A DNA stretch of 64,000 nt from NCBI GenBank assembly GCA_964016885.1, contig OZ024741.1, positions 275,776,001 through 275,840,000 of the forward strand, in the 5' to 3' direction. The position numbers and the translations under genes are program-made. Position 1 is the stretch's first letter. Each line of letters opens with the position of its first letter. This document shows, piece after piece, positions 10,882 to 23,469 of this stretch. Source of the stretch: Eledone cirrhosa (taxonomy: Eukaryota). The notes beneath the pieces are model-generated. The model was not told the DNA's origin. It saw only the letters and a program-made list of their open reading frames with translations, and did no database searches.

Positions 10882-11119
10882 CAAACGACAGTACAATGAA
10901 GAAATATATTAGTTTTACATTTGCTATAGTAGGAAACATAACACAAATCAACAACAACAATAAAAATGACTGAAGAATCCTCAAAAATTACATTTAAGTA
11001 ATTTTTTATGAAAACGAATTTAAATTGAACACATTTTTACGAAAAATTGTTTCGTTTTCTTCTTTATCTCTCATTTATCTTGAGTGTTTATCAATCATAT
11101 TTCAGACATCTTTCCAAGA

Positions 11120-12245
11120 TCCCACATACAAGTTTGTATGGGTTGGACGAGCCCTTTCCAGCACAGCATCACTCTGCTTATCATGATCCTCCCTCAACCT
11201 GATTGTGAGATTTGGTGATTTAAGGTCAGCTCTCACAACCTCTGTCCAAGACTTCCTTGACCTCCCTCTACTTTAGCCTCCTTCCACTGGGATTTCTTGG
11301 CACTTCTTCACCCAGTGATCCAGCTTACCAAAACTTTAGTTTTTCTAAAGTTTCCTTTCAGTCCTTTTGACTCTAGGTTCTTTTTCTATTTCCAAAGCCA
11401 GAATCTTTTCTTTAGCTCGTCCACTTATTTGGTTTTAAGAACTGTGTCATCAACATAGAGAAGTTCCTAAGGGAAACTTGTCTTAAAATCCTCTGTTATG
11501 GCCTGGAGAACTATGATAAACAGGGATGAGTTGAGGACTGAGTCTTGATGAACACCTACCTGCACTTTGAACACTTCACTAAATTCATTACCTACTCTCA
11601 CCTTACTGACAGCTCTTCTGTACAGGATTTGCACTGCTCTTACAAACTGTTTTTCTACATCTAGTTTCCTTAGGGATCACCAGATGATAGAAGAGGTACT
11701 CTATCAAAGGCCTTCCCCAGATCAACAAAAGCTAGATATAGTGGTTTACACTTAAATAGGAACTTCTCTTGTTGTTGTCTCATTAAAAAGAAGACATTTG
11801 TGATGCTCTTCCCTGGTACAAAACTGAACAATATCTCACCTAATTTGACTCTTTCCCTAATTAGTTGCATTAAAACACTTTCAGGCACTTTCATTATTTG
11901 GCCCATTAGTTGTCCTTTGTAGTTGCTCCTTTCTAGAGCATAATTTTTCCCTTGTAGCAATTTATGACTGTTCTGCTGCACCAGTCATCGGGTATAATCC
12001 TGTCCTGTGTTACCTAGTTGATTATCTGGGTCACTAGTCTGACTCCTACATCTCCAGAAGATTTCAGCATCTCAGCGACAATCTTTGATGGATCAGTGAC
12101 CTTACCATTTTTCATCTCTTTGATTGCTTCTTTAACCCTATAACTATCAATTTCAATAGCTGGTCCCTCTGTTGGCTCAGTTGGGAATAATCTCCTTCCT
12201 TCTCATTCATTCTCCACATTGATTAACCTCTCATAATAGCATTTC
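11120..12245 (-). mobile_element. Decayed RTE LINE fragment (RT region)
   Basis: Translates as ..QEKFLFKCKPLYLAFVDLGKAFDRVP; homologous to the 18379-21940 element. Confidence 0.8.
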
Positions 12246-12638
12246 CTGAAAGGGGTTGAGAAGAAACCTTGTTAAATAAAGTACTCAATACATTAACAAA
12301 GAAGATATAAGATATAATTTATTTATTTATTTCATATAGAAATGACTTCTACATAATGGAACTGTTTAATTTATTCGAAATCATCAGACAGGGCTGGTTA
12401 GGTTGTTCAGCATCTATAGACTTCTTGAAGGAGAAGGAGGAGGTCTTCTGATCAGTCTCTGCCCATCAAACTCCACACACAAATTATGTGCCATGCAGTG
12501 AGATTGAACCTAGACCCTCATGGTTCCAAAGAGAAACACATTAACAATAAGCTATGGATGTTTTAATATATTTTATATTATTTCCTACCAGCTTTAATTC
12601 ATGAGATTTTCGGTTTTATAATTGTATTGTTGGTTTAA

Positions 12639-12974
12639 CACTTTAGCATTTACATTACTCTATATTTAATATTAGATTTTCATGGTAAAAGCTTTATCTC
12701 ACATAAAATCTAAGAGATTTTTGATGTTATTTATTTTCAAAACAATACCTTAATATTGGTCGGAGTGGCTGGCAAGAGCCAGTTTGAACAGAAAGAGGTG
12801 AGAGAATTCTGGCCAGATACAGCTATTTTGAACAGAAACAGGTGAGAGAATTCTGGCCAGATACAGCTATTTTGAACAGAAACAGGTGAGAGAATTCTGG
12901 CCAGATACAGCTGTTTTGAACAGAAACAGGTGAGAGAATTCTGGCCAGATACAGCTGGTTTAAATGATAAAGGG
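12639..12974. mobile_element. piggyBac-type MITE with internal 44-bp x4 tandem array
   Basis: TTAA-cactttagcattta ... taaatgataaaggg-TTAA. The 44-bp unit tttgaacagaaacaggtgagagaattctggccagatacagctat spans 12783-12957. Confidence 0.7.
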
Positions 12975-13284
12975 TTAAAGGACATTGAAGGTTTTTCTCT
13001 TCCCCAACTTGATCATATTTTATAAACGTTATTTCCAGTAAATCACCACCAGAAGAGCTGGATTAAGACATTTGAGGCCCTTAAGCAGTTAAAAGTTTAT
13101 GGTGTTACACACCACCCTCATCCTCCTACATATATAAATATATTTTTTTTACCAACATGCATTTGTTGATTGGTTAATCCAGGATTGGATTAACCAATCA
13201 AATAAGCTCATGTATGAAGCATCAGAGGAAGAGGGCAACCAGCTTTGATTATAAACCTAGAATTATGTGAATGTTGTTTTATAA

Positions 13285-14664
13285 TTATACCATTGGTAAA
13301 AAAGACAGTGAAGATTTCTTCTGTCTTTCCCAGCCTGATCGTATTTTATAAACATAGTTACCAATACAAGGCAGCAACAACAGAAGTTTAAGGGAAAGTG
13401 TCACCAGAGGAATGAAACAACACAAAAATGTTGAACTTTTCCACAGATAAGCAGGTCTCCTGATCCAGTAAGAAAAGCTGAAGATAAGTACATGGATGGT
13501 TGCTAACAGAAGTGTGATGTAACCCAAATGACTCTGTACAAACCGCCATTCTTTCCAGTTCAAAATATTGCCAACAGAGGGCAGTGAAGAAAGCCCAACG
13601 ATAATCATACATAGAATAGCGAGAATGCCTACGCTGATGTTGGCTTCCCCTCGCAGGTTCAATCGGGCAGAGAAATCAATGTCAAAGTTTGTAGTGTTCT
13701 CTGGTAAAGTTATATCAGTAGATGTAAACCAGCCACCATAGTATCCAGGAGACATACATATTGTTGATATAATGACATGCCATAAACTAAAAAACAAAGC
13801 ATACAGGCCCAGCATTTTCCGTGACTTGAGCCAAAGGTCTAAAAAGTTTGGAAATCTTATGTATTTACTGCCATTATAAATCTGTAAAAATGCTGCCAAG
13901 CAACCTGGTAGGTAGGAAAAAGTAAGCAGAGTAATGGCAGTCATACAAACTGGTTTGTTGAGAAAACGCATAGGAACATTATCCCAGGGGAATTTTCTCT
14001 TGGCATTAATGTAGTAATAAGCATATTTGACAGTAACAAATATAAACCACGTAAAGAATACAATGAGCATGAAAATTGTTGGTTTCCCCCAACCTTGCAT
14101 TAATCTAGTTGGATAGGCCTCCAGTTCTCTTGCTGCTTTCAGGGAACCATATACCGTTGATTCAAATCCAATTTCACTGCAAAGCCGAGCTACCTTTTCC
14201 CTTGCTTCAATGTCATCGGATGCAATGAAGACTCGGCGGTTTCCACCAAAATTGTCATTTTCCACAGCGTATGCAGATAAAGTGTTGAAAGCCTTTACAA
14301 CACGGATGCCTGGAAACTTGGCAACGATAGTTTCTGCAATGGATTCATCCTTAATAGTATCTTCATTGTTCGATATATCAATGAAAATCTTTTGGGATGC
14401 TTCAGCATTGAAATTCTTTAAACAAGATTTAATGTTCCAATGGTGAACAGCAAGAATTATAATTTCTATGTTTTCATTAAAGAGAACATCATTAAATGTC
14501 GCTAATTTTGCTTCTCCTAGTTCTTCATCAATTCTCTCCAGATGCCTGTTTGTTGGGTCCCGACTACCAAATATCACTTTCAGTCCACAACACAGCATTC
14601 GTTTGGCAAGAGCACGTCCATAATCTCCAGTCCCCAATATACCAATAGCAGACTTTGTGGACAT
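13285..14664 (-). CDS. STEAP: STEAP-family metalloreductase (STEAP2/3/4-like)
   Basis: Intact 459-aa ORF. The N-terminal NADPH oxidoreductase domain has GILGTGDYG, GSR, KAFNTLSA and VFIASDD. The six-TM ferric reductase domain has RKMLGL, heme-ligand His residues (WHVIIS, IHVLIF), WKEWRFVQSHLGY and KIRSGWE. Confidence 0.95.
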   Translation of the reverse strand: MSTKSAIGILGTGDYGRALAKRMLCCGLKVIFGSRDPTNRHLERIDEELGEAKLATFNDVLFNENIEIIILAVHHWNIKSCLKNFNAEASQKIFIDISNNEDTIKDESIAETIVAKFPGIRVVKAFNTLSAYAVENDNFGGNRRVFIASDDIEAREKVARLCSEIGFESTVYGSLKAARELEAYPTRLMQGWGKPTIFMLIVFFTWFIFVTVKYAYYYINAKRKFPWDNVPMRFLNKPVCMTAITLLTFSYLPGCLAAFLQIYNGSKYIRFPNFLDLWLKSRKMLGLYALFFSLWHVIISTICMSPGYYGGWFTSTDITLPENTTNFDIDFSARLNLRGEANISVGILAILCMIIVGLSSLPSVGNILNWKEWRFVQSHLGYITLLLATIHVLIFSFSYWIRRPAYLWKSSTFLCCFIPLVTLSLKLLLLLPCIGNYVYKIRSGWERQKKSSLSFLPMV

Positions 14665-14670
14665 GTTAGT

Positions 14671-14700
14671 CTAAAAGACAAAAAAAGAAAGAAATAAACA
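14671..14700 (-). promoter_or_regulatory. Splice acceptor 6 nt upstream of the STEAP ATG
   Basis: Minus strand reads tttctttctttttttgtcttttAG|ACTAACATG. Confidence 0.8.
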
Positions 14701-14732
14701 ATAACATAGAACAAAACATAAAGCTGTCACAT

Positions 14733-16546
14733 AATTGTTTCTTCTATAGGCACAAGGCCAGAAAGTTGGTGGGAGGGAAAAGTTGATTAAATCAACCCTA
14801 GTGCATTACTTCTGCTTTATTTTATCAACCCCTTAAGTATTAAAGGCAAAGTCGACCTCAGTGAGATTTAATTAAGAATAAGCGCAACTTGATGGTGTTA
14901 CATACCTGCTTCTCAAACATGGCGGGTACTTCCTTTTGCACCAGCTTTCTTTCTTCTTTCAATACTGTCTCAACAATGGTGCTACTCCGGAGCAGTGGAA
15001 AACTGCCAGTGTCATTCTCCTGTTCAAAAAGGGCAACCGCATGTCACCTGTCAACTATCATCCAGTCAGTCTTACTACTAGCTGTATTGCCAAACTGATG
15101 GAATCCTGTGTCAGAGAAACACTTTGGAACTTCTGGAGCTCTCACAGCCTCATCCGGCCCTTGCAGTTTGGATTTATCCCTAACTGTGATCAGTTTATCG
15201 AGTTCCTTGAAGACATCACCCGGATCACTGACAGCAGCTCATGGGTGGATGTTGTTTACCTTGACTTTGCTAAGGCTTTTAATTCTGTGCCACACAAAAG
15301 ACTTATGGCAAAACTCTCTGCAATGGGTATGAGGGATGATCTTTTTAACTGATTGAAATCCTTCATTCTCAGCCGAAAAGAGGTAGTCACGGTTCTAGGA
15401 CAGCATTCTTCACCATATGAGATGTCATCTGGTGTACCACAGGGATCTGTTCTTGGTTCCCTTTTGTTTGTGGCATATATTAATGACATAGATGCCAACT
15501 TAAAGAATGCCACGGTACTGAAATATGCAGATGACATCAAGCTGTACCTTGAAATCAAAAGGACTGATCCTGAAATCTACAACTCTTTCCTACAATCAGA
15601 CCTGGACACAATGCAGCAATGGATCACAGACTGGCAACTGAAGCTGGCTGTGGACAAGTGTACCACCATGCATTTTGGGAGGAAAAATCCAGTGTCCACA
15701 TATTCCCTGCGCAACACTGATATCACGAAGTCCTCTTGTGAATGTGACCTGGGCATTACTGTCAGCAGCGATTTGCATTGGACAAAGCATGTCTCTAAGA
15801 TTGTCAAGAAGGCCGAGGGTGTCTTGGCATCACTCAGCAAGACTTTTGTTAGCCGCTCTCCAGCCATCTATTTAAAGCTGTATACAGCTATGGTACGACT
15901 ACACTTGGAATTCGCATCATCAGTCTGGAACCCCTATCTTGCTCAGAACATTGACCTCCTGGAAACTGTTCAGAGACGTGCAACCAAGCGCATGCCCTCC
16001 ATCAGACACCTACCATACTCTGAACGCCTTGCTTCCCTGGGCATGGATTCATTGAAGCTCCGACGCCTGGCAATGGACTTGGTAAACACCCACAAAGTTA
16101 TTAACCATCTCGCTAACAACAACCCTGAGCACCTTTTTGATCTCCATGTGTCAAAATCAGAAAACAGCACAGCTCCCATGACTTTCGTAAACATTTTTTC
16201 ACGCTTAGAGTTGCTGAAGCATGGAACAAACTGCCTGCGTCAGTTGTTAGCTGCCGAGACACTGCATCCTTTAAAACCCTCATGCTTCCCGAAATACGCC
16301 AAAACTACACCTGATGTACTCCTTCCATACACATGCACACATGTGTATATCATGACTCATGCATTGTTCATTTTCCTGACGTTTGTACATTACCCTATGT
16401 ACTATACATACACTTTTAGATGAGTTGTAGTGCACCTGAGCACTGTACACAATATTTCATTATTAATATTATTATTAAACTCAGAACGTAAAGGGCAGTA
16501 ACTCTATACTGCGAAGCAGGGTGTCCAACGCTCTACCGATACTGCA
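14733..16546 (-). mobile_element. Meta-domain SINE split by a LINE insertion
   Basis: 14733-14869 and 16478-16546 rejoin to the SINE consensus ..gagattt[g]aactcagaacgtaaaggg.. Confidence 0.7.
14880..16477 (+). mobile_element. 5'-truncated CR1/L2-group LINE (RT, decayed)
   Basis: YLDFAKAF, GVPQGSVLG, YADDIK and RLHLEFASSVWNP motifs; in-frame stop near 15350; (ATT)n tail. Confidence 0.85.
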
Positions 16547-16799
16547 AGTTTGAAAGCAGAGGCAATGGAGAGGAGTTCCAGTTATATCTTATCAACAAAA
16601 CCTTCATACGGTTTAACCCTCTAGCATTTAAACTGGCCATATTTGGCCAGAATTCTCCCACATCTTTCTGTTCAAACCAGCTGTAACTGGCCACTCATAC
16701 TGATGTTAAGGTATTGTTCTCAAAATAAATATAGCAGATTTCTTTCAGATAAGGATAGAAAGTTAGAGAAAGGAAGTGAGAAAGAGATATAGAGGAAGA

Positions 16800-16955
16800 A
16801 TCAACCCCAGTACTTGACTGGTACTTTTTTTATCAACCTCGAATGGATGAGAGACAAAGCTGACTTCAGCGGGATTTGAACTCAGAGAGCAGAGAGCCAA
16901 AATGAATACCACAAAGCATTCTATCCAACATTCTAACAACTCTGCCAATTTGTGG
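16800..16955 (-). mobile_element. Meta-domain SINE copy
   Basis: gagttcaaatcccgctgaagtcagctttgtctctcatccattcgaggttgataaa on the minus strand. Confidence 0.7.
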
Positions 16956-16980
16956 CCCCCTTGTATACTATAGGGTGTCC

Positions 16981-17590
16981 TTAACGCTTCAGCATTTAAA
17001 CTGGCTGTATCCATCCACAATTCTCTCACCTCTTTCTGTTGAAACTGGCCGTAACTAGATGCTCATACTGATGTTAAGGTATTGTTCTCAAAATAAATAA
17101 TATCAAAATCTCAAATTCGATATTATGCGAGATAATTATGTGAGGTAAATCTTTACCATGAAAATATAATAGTAAATATAGAGTTATGTAAATGTTATAT
17201 TAGATATTATGTGAGGTAAACCCTTTACCGTGAAAATATAATAGTAAATGTAGATTAATGGAAATATGGGAGATATTATGTGCGGTAAAGCCTTTACCGT
17301 GAAAATATAATAGTATATATAGACTAAAGTGAATGCTATGTGAGATATTATGTGAGATAATTATGTGAAGTAAAGCCTTTACCGTGAAAATATAATAGTA
17401 AATATAAAGTAATGTAAATGCTATGTGAAATAATTATATGAGGTAAACCCTTTACCGTGAAAATATGATTGTAAATGTAGATTAATGTAAATACTATGGG
17501 AGATATTATGTGAGATAATTATGTGCGGTAAAGCCTTTACAGTGAAAATATAATAGTATATACAGAGTAATGTAAATGTCAAAGTCTAGA
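16981..17590. mobile_element. piggyBac-type MITE copy with ~60-70-bp internal tandem expansion
   Basis: The start ttaa-cgcttcagcatttaaactggc is homologous to the 12639-12974 element in inverted orientation. The unit tatgtgaggtaaagcctttaccgtgaaaatataatagta is repeated ~7x. A partial copy lies at 16614-16735. Confidence 0.6.
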
Positions 17591-17819
17591 CACACAAGAA
17601 ATATCACTATTTATAATTAACTATAATTGTTTGTCCCACGGATGAGTTTGTTAAAAAAAGAAGAAATTGAACCGCTACTTCACAGTCATGTAAAAGACAG
17701 TCATATCGAAAGTAGCAGATGTTTTTAATGCACATCATCACAGGACCGCAGACTCTAGAGGTACCTTCTTGTATACATAGGACTATATTATCCAATGTGT
17801 CCTTCCTTTTATAAAATAA

Positions 17820-18068
17820 CGAGTTGATTTGAGGATAATTTGGCTGCTATTTCTAGCAGGTTAAGTGAATGTATATAGTGTCGTTTGTGAACAGAAGAGG
17901 AAGCTGAATCTTAACCACACCCCTGAGTGATTTGAGGGTAATTTGGCTGCTATTTCTAGCAGGTTAAGTGAATGTATATAGTGTTGTTTGTGAACAGAAG
18001 ACGAAGCTGAATCTTAACCACACCCCTGAGTGATTTGAGGGTAATCTGGCAGGTTAAGTGAATGTATA
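17820..18068. repeat. ~103-bp tandem duplication (2.4 copies)
   Basis: gatttgagg(a/g)taatttggctgctatttctagcaggttaagtgaatgtata is repeated. Confidence 0.75.
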
Positions 18069-18378
18069 CAAGAGTCAGCTGAAAAGTTCATTGGCTGACT
18101 ATGAAGGAGTGATGCTAGAGCTGTGAGTCTTGCATGCTTTAATTTTATCTCTTCTGCATTGTTTCTTTCCAGGGGCTATGTTGAAAATTAAATCTCATTT
18201 GGTCATTTCATGAGAATATCTTGGTCAGCCTATGAACTTTTCATATGTTAGTTGAGATTTTCAGTACACCAGTGACGAATAACCTTCTGTTTGATATATG
18301 TGTATATATATATATATAAATATATATATATGGGATAACAAGTTATCATTATAGGTGACCATGTTGCTCTTCTTTCTT

Positions 18379-21300
18379 TATCATCATCATCATCTTCGTT
18401 TAACGTCCATCTTCCACGCTAACATGGGTTAGACGGGAGTTGTCCCACTTGAGGCAAGGTTGGTTAGGTGACCGTGTCTCGCTCATATAGGACTATCTGG
18501 CAGGTTTTCTACGGCTGGATGCCCTTCTTAACACCAACCCTATTTACAGTGTGGAACTGGGAACTTTTTACCGTGTTACCTACACGGCCACATTACAGCG
18601 TGGACTGTGTGTTTTTTTGTCGTAACACCTACACGATCCCGATCTCATTATCTCATTTTTTAAAACTGGCTGTTGTGGTACCAGCTTTACAGAGAGAGGG
18701 TGGTGTTGGTGGGAGTGGGAGGATAGGGTAGGGGTAGTGGATTGGGGTGTATATTTGGTTAAGAGGTGCCTACTGACTGTAGGTTTCGCTTTGTACATAG
18801 GCAAGGTGGGTCTTCTGTATTACTGTGTAGTGCCAAAGATCTCAGTCCAGTGACATTGTCTTAGAGAGGTGCAAGTGTGTGAGGTCTGAATTTATCAAAT
18901 CATCCCAGGTTTTTCTGGGTCTACCTACTCCATAACTTCCATCAATTTTGATCGCCCTGCACTTTTTTATACAGCTGTCGTCTTTCATGCGCACCATGTG
19001 ACCATACCAACGTAGTCTTCTCTCAAGTAAACAGCATCTGATCCCTCTTATTCCTAATTTATCACTTAGTTCATTTATGTTTTGCCGTTCACGTATATTA
19101 CTATTACACATCCAACAGAGCATGCATGCTTTGTTCCTTTCCAGTCTGCGTAGGTCCTCTGCACGCAATGCCCATGTCTCACTGCCATGTAACATTGCTG
19201 TTCGAATGCAGGCATCATACAGTCTTCCTTCCATTTTTAGAGAGAAACCTTTAGCGACCAATAGTGGTATAAGCTCTCTGGACTTTTTCCATCCCGTTCT
19301 GACTCTGGCTACTGTACTTTCGGAGCACCCTCCTCCACTGCTGATTTTGTCACTCAGGTAATGGAAAGTGTCCACTATTTCTATAGAACCATCTGGGCAA
19401 TAGAAGGAGCCAGTATCCTGTGTGCACTTGCTACTTATTGCACCTGAGCATCGGCCACATATAAAATCTATGTTCTTAGATAGTTTACCTGTGATCCCAC
19501 TACATCTTTTATGTACCCATAGTTTGCATTTGGGACATAAAATGGGATTTCTGCCTACTCCTTTCCTACACACTGAGCATGGCCATTTCCCTGAGGGCAC
19601 CTGTGCCCTATTTTCCTTTCTACAAACTAGAACTTTAGTCTTAGACAAGTTAACTTTAGGGCCTTTTGATTCTAGGCCATGCTTCCATGTTGGCATAGCC
19701 TGAAGGGCAATAATAAATAGGAGGAGGCTAAGGACCGAGCCTTGATGAACACCAACTTTTGCACTACATTCTTCACAATATTCATTGTTAATTCTAACCT
19801 TACTGACTGTTTCTTTATATATGGCTTGTATAGCTCTCACAAGCCATTCATCTACACCTAGTTTTCTAAGAGCCCACCAGATAATGGAGCTGGGGATTCT
19901 GTCAAAGGCTTTCTCCAGGTCTACAAAAGCTAAGTAGAGGGGTTTACTTTTAGCTAGGTATTGTAGTTGTCGTACAAGGAAAAAATGTCTGTGGTACTTT
20001 TACCTGACACAAACCCAAACTGCATTTCATCTAGATCAATTCGCTCTCTGATTAGTTGCGCTATAACTCTTTCTGTGACCTTCATGACCTGGTCAACTAA
20101 CTTAATGCCTCTATAGTTTCCCCTATCTAGAGCATCCCCTTTACCCTTGTAGCAGTTAATGATGATGTTGCTACACCAGTCTTTTGGTATGACCCCATTC
20201 TGTATTACTTGGTTTACTATACGGGTGACTATAGTATGTCCCACCATTCCAGATGCCTTCAACATCTCAGCAACTATCTCTGAAGACCCAACTGCCTTGC
20301 CAGTCTTCATATCTTTGATTGCCTTACTTATTATACTACCTTTAACTTGCACCGCTGGACCTTCTATTGGATCGATTTGGGGCAGACTATTTTTTTCCCA
20401 CTTATTCTCCTCATTTAATAGTCTCTCGTAGTGACACTTCCATCTATCTTCTTATAAGTATCAGTGAGGGTAAGTACACCGTTATCATTATGGACACACT
20501 TCTCCCCGACAATATGACGGTTTTCCTTGACACATTGTCTAGCAATCCTAAACACCTCGTATTGTAGAACATGCTTGAACTTTCTATCCTCTGCTTCCTT
20601 TTTTGCAAGGTACACTTGTCTCCTAGCTTCTCTCCTGGCCACTTGATAGTGTTCTCTACTTCCCTCATCCTGCCATACTTTCCAAGCCTGCTTTTTGGCC
20701 TTGATTGTGTCCTCCACCTTACTGTTCCACCAACAAGTTACTCTCCTCCTGCTCCAGCCACAGATTTCATCCGTCTCTTTCAGCAGGTCCACTTTCAAGA
20801 ATTCCCACTGTTCCTCTATATTGCACGTCTCTAATTGCTCTTCCTTATTGTCAAAGGCATCAAGTAATAAGCTTTTAAATTTGTCACTGGCGATGGGGTC
20901 CTTCAACTTCCATATTCTTCTCCTCAAAGTAGTCTTCCTCTGTTGTTGAGTACGTCTATTCCTGACTATGAGGTCACTAACTACTAGGCTATGTTGGGAG
21001 GTACATTCTTCATGAGGGAGGGATTTAGTGTTTACAACAGACACTTTGTCACGTCTTCTAGTAAGGATATAATCTATCTGGCTGGTGTGTTCCCCTGATC
21101 TATAGGTGATCAAGTGGTTTTCTCATTTTTTGAAGTTTGTGTTACTGATAGTTAGGTTATTAGCATCACAGAATTCCAGGATTCTGAAGCCTTCCTCATT
21201 TCTATTACCAAACCCATAGCCTCCATGGATTCCATCATAGCCATCACTATGTTGTCCAATGTGTCCGTTTAGGTTGCCAGCAATAATTAAATAGTCACTG

Positions 21301-21940
21301 TCGGTTATTTGGGAGGTAGTGTGCATTAGCGTCTCATAGAACCTATCCTTTATAACGTCAGGTAGACCAGATTGGGGTGCATAAGCGGATATTATTGTCA
21401 CAGTAGTTCTATTTAGAACTAGTTGTATTTTAATTATTCTGTCATTCACTCTATTTATGTCAATTACCTTATCTACCCATTTTTCAGCTAACATAATTCC
21501 TACACCACCCAGTCCGTTGTCATTTCCCACCCAGAAAAGTTTATAGCATCGTTTTTTACGCACAATGAATCTAGCAGACCCACCTCTCCACCTAGTCTCT
21601 TGAACACAACAAACATCAACTTCTTTACATTCAAGCGTCTCTACAACCTCATTTGAGCGACCTTTCAATGTGCCTACCTTCACGGTACCAACTCTGAAGT
21701 TAGGAGGGTGGGATGGATGGGTTGGAGGGGCAGGGAGGGGTGTGGGAGACGGGATTATGTTGGTCATCCGTGTCTGAAATAAAGAGGAGTCCATGTATTC
21801 TCATCCTGCGGCGGGAGGTGAATTTATCTTTATCTGTGACATTGTCATTGAGTGTTCAGACTTTCCAAATTCCGCAGTGCACCTAGCAAACCGAAAATCA
21901 GCCAGCTCTAAACTTATGGAGTAATAACCGAGGAGGTAGC
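18379..21940 (-). mobile_element. Near full-length RTE-clade LINE (APE endonuclease + RT + internal C4HC3-like finger), inactivated
   Basis: APE motifs VQETRW, SAYAPQ and SQIDYIL; RT motifs NYRGIKL and GVHQGSVLS; LRWYGHM..GRPRKTW. The element has frameshifts, lacks the YADD segment and ends in a (GAT)n tail. Confidence 0.9.
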
Positions 21941-21945
21941 TTTGC

Positions 21946-22757
21946 TATACTGATTTGTAAGAGAAAACCACCAGACAGAGGAAAACCGTCTCTCCTTCAT
22001 TCTTAAATGAAGGCGACGGGGTGATCCTCACGATGGATTTGGCTGACAACTGAATGCGTCCCACACGTGACAATAGTTGTTCAACATAATTCCACAGGTC
22101 AGTCACCTCTGGGCACAGAACAATTGCGTGCAAAACGGTTTTGATGTCCTGCTCGCATCTTGGACAGGTCCTTTTGGCAGGATCTCTGCCAGGGCGTCCG
22201 TGCCTGTAGATTTTGTCTCAAACTGGTAGAGCTCCTCGGTAGCACTGCCAGGCCAGAGACCTCTGGAAGTTATCCATAGGCCCTGGATGGAAAGTCCTCC
22301 CGAACAGACTGGTCAGTTCGTCGTCCTCGATGCCTAGAGTTTCCCCGAGAACGTTGTCACACTTATCCTCCACTAATCCCCTATAGAATGTCGAAGTGGA
22401 GTCTCTGCTGATTGCCGTTTCCACTTGGTAGAGGACTGTGAGCACCTGAAGGCACTTGAGATGCCAGGCACCCATTTTCGGTCTTCGATTGACCCAGGAC
22501 TGCAGCTCTGTTAGTGAGACGAGTTGTGAAAAAGCTTGTCTAACAAACGACAGCCACAGCGGTTCGCCGGTCAGGAATACCTGGAGATGGCGTAGCCTCA
22601 GCTCGTGTTTGTGCATCATCAACCACGGCATGCCCAGCCCTCCGTTAGAAGGGCGTTGACAGCAGATGGATCTCCTCACCAATGGAGACTGTTTGTTCCA
22701 GAGGAACTTGAAGAATTTTGGTGAGGTATTCGCGGGGACAAGGCACGACTGTCAATA
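21946..22757 (-). mobile_element. Tx1/L1-clade LINE ORF2 3' fragment
   Basis: GGLGMP, FQRSLAWQCYRGALPV and CPRC..HAIVLC zinc-knuckle motifs; bordered by (GATA)n. Confidence 0.75.
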
Positions 22758-22849
22758 GATAGATAGAAAACTGGATAGGTAGGTAGGTAGATAGATAGAT
22801 AGATGGAAGGATATATAGAAAGATAGGTAGATAGATAACTAGATAGATA

Positions 22850-23153
22850 TCTTTCTTTATTTGCCACAAGGGCGTACAAGAAATGGGACGTTACAAGATG
22901 TAACGGCGATGGTTTTACATAAAAATCATATAACTTTAACATTAATAAATAATAGATTATATATAAAATAAAATAACAATTGAAATCCCCAATAGGGGGG
23001 AATGTTACTGCAGGGTTGTTTTACACCCCATAGATAGAACAACCCTCAACAACAGGAGCACATTTTGTAGGTGTTCCTGTCTTCTGTTTGTCTTCCTCAA
23101 TCTATTGGTTTATATACAGAAAAGGCCCATTCACTCAGGCCATTTTCGCCACT
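22850..23153 (-). mobile_element. Tx1-like LINE 3' end
   Basis: Homologous to 23470-23760 (cccttgtggc, ccccctattgggga); ends with aataaagaaag running into (TATC)n. Confidence 0.6.
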
Positions 23154-23255
23154 AGAAAGATTGATTGATATCTAGATAGAAAGATTGATTGATAGATAAA
23201 TTGATAGCTAGATAGAGAGTTGTTTATTTACAATAGTTTATAACTTTGCCTATTA

Positions 23256-23438
23256 ATCCGTATGGTGAGCAAATGGGGTCCCACATGCTGGGCTCCCCAC
23301 AGCCCTGGCGGACAGGATGGAGAAGGCCTTTCCCCGGAGGATGGTAAGGGAGATGCGCTGGAAGAGCCATTCCAACTCATGAGGCTCACACCTGCGGCTG
23401 GCCAGCTCAGCGCCTATGGTGGTGAATAGGGAGGTACT
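23256..23438 (-). mobile_element. CRE-like (RLE) non-LTR element C-terminal fragment
   Basis: Translates ..ELEWLFQRISLTILRGKAFSIL.., the LxQRISxxIxRGN motif that ends RLE domains. Confidence 0.55.
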
Positions 23439-23469
23439 CTAGATAGAAAGATTGATAGATACGTAGATA

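Noticed and set aside
12783-12957. CRISPR-like regular repeats (also 17140-17580, 57280-57535, 58205-58490)
   Set aside because: They are head-to-tail units with no unique spacers and no cas genes, in a eukaryotic context, so they are minisatellites.
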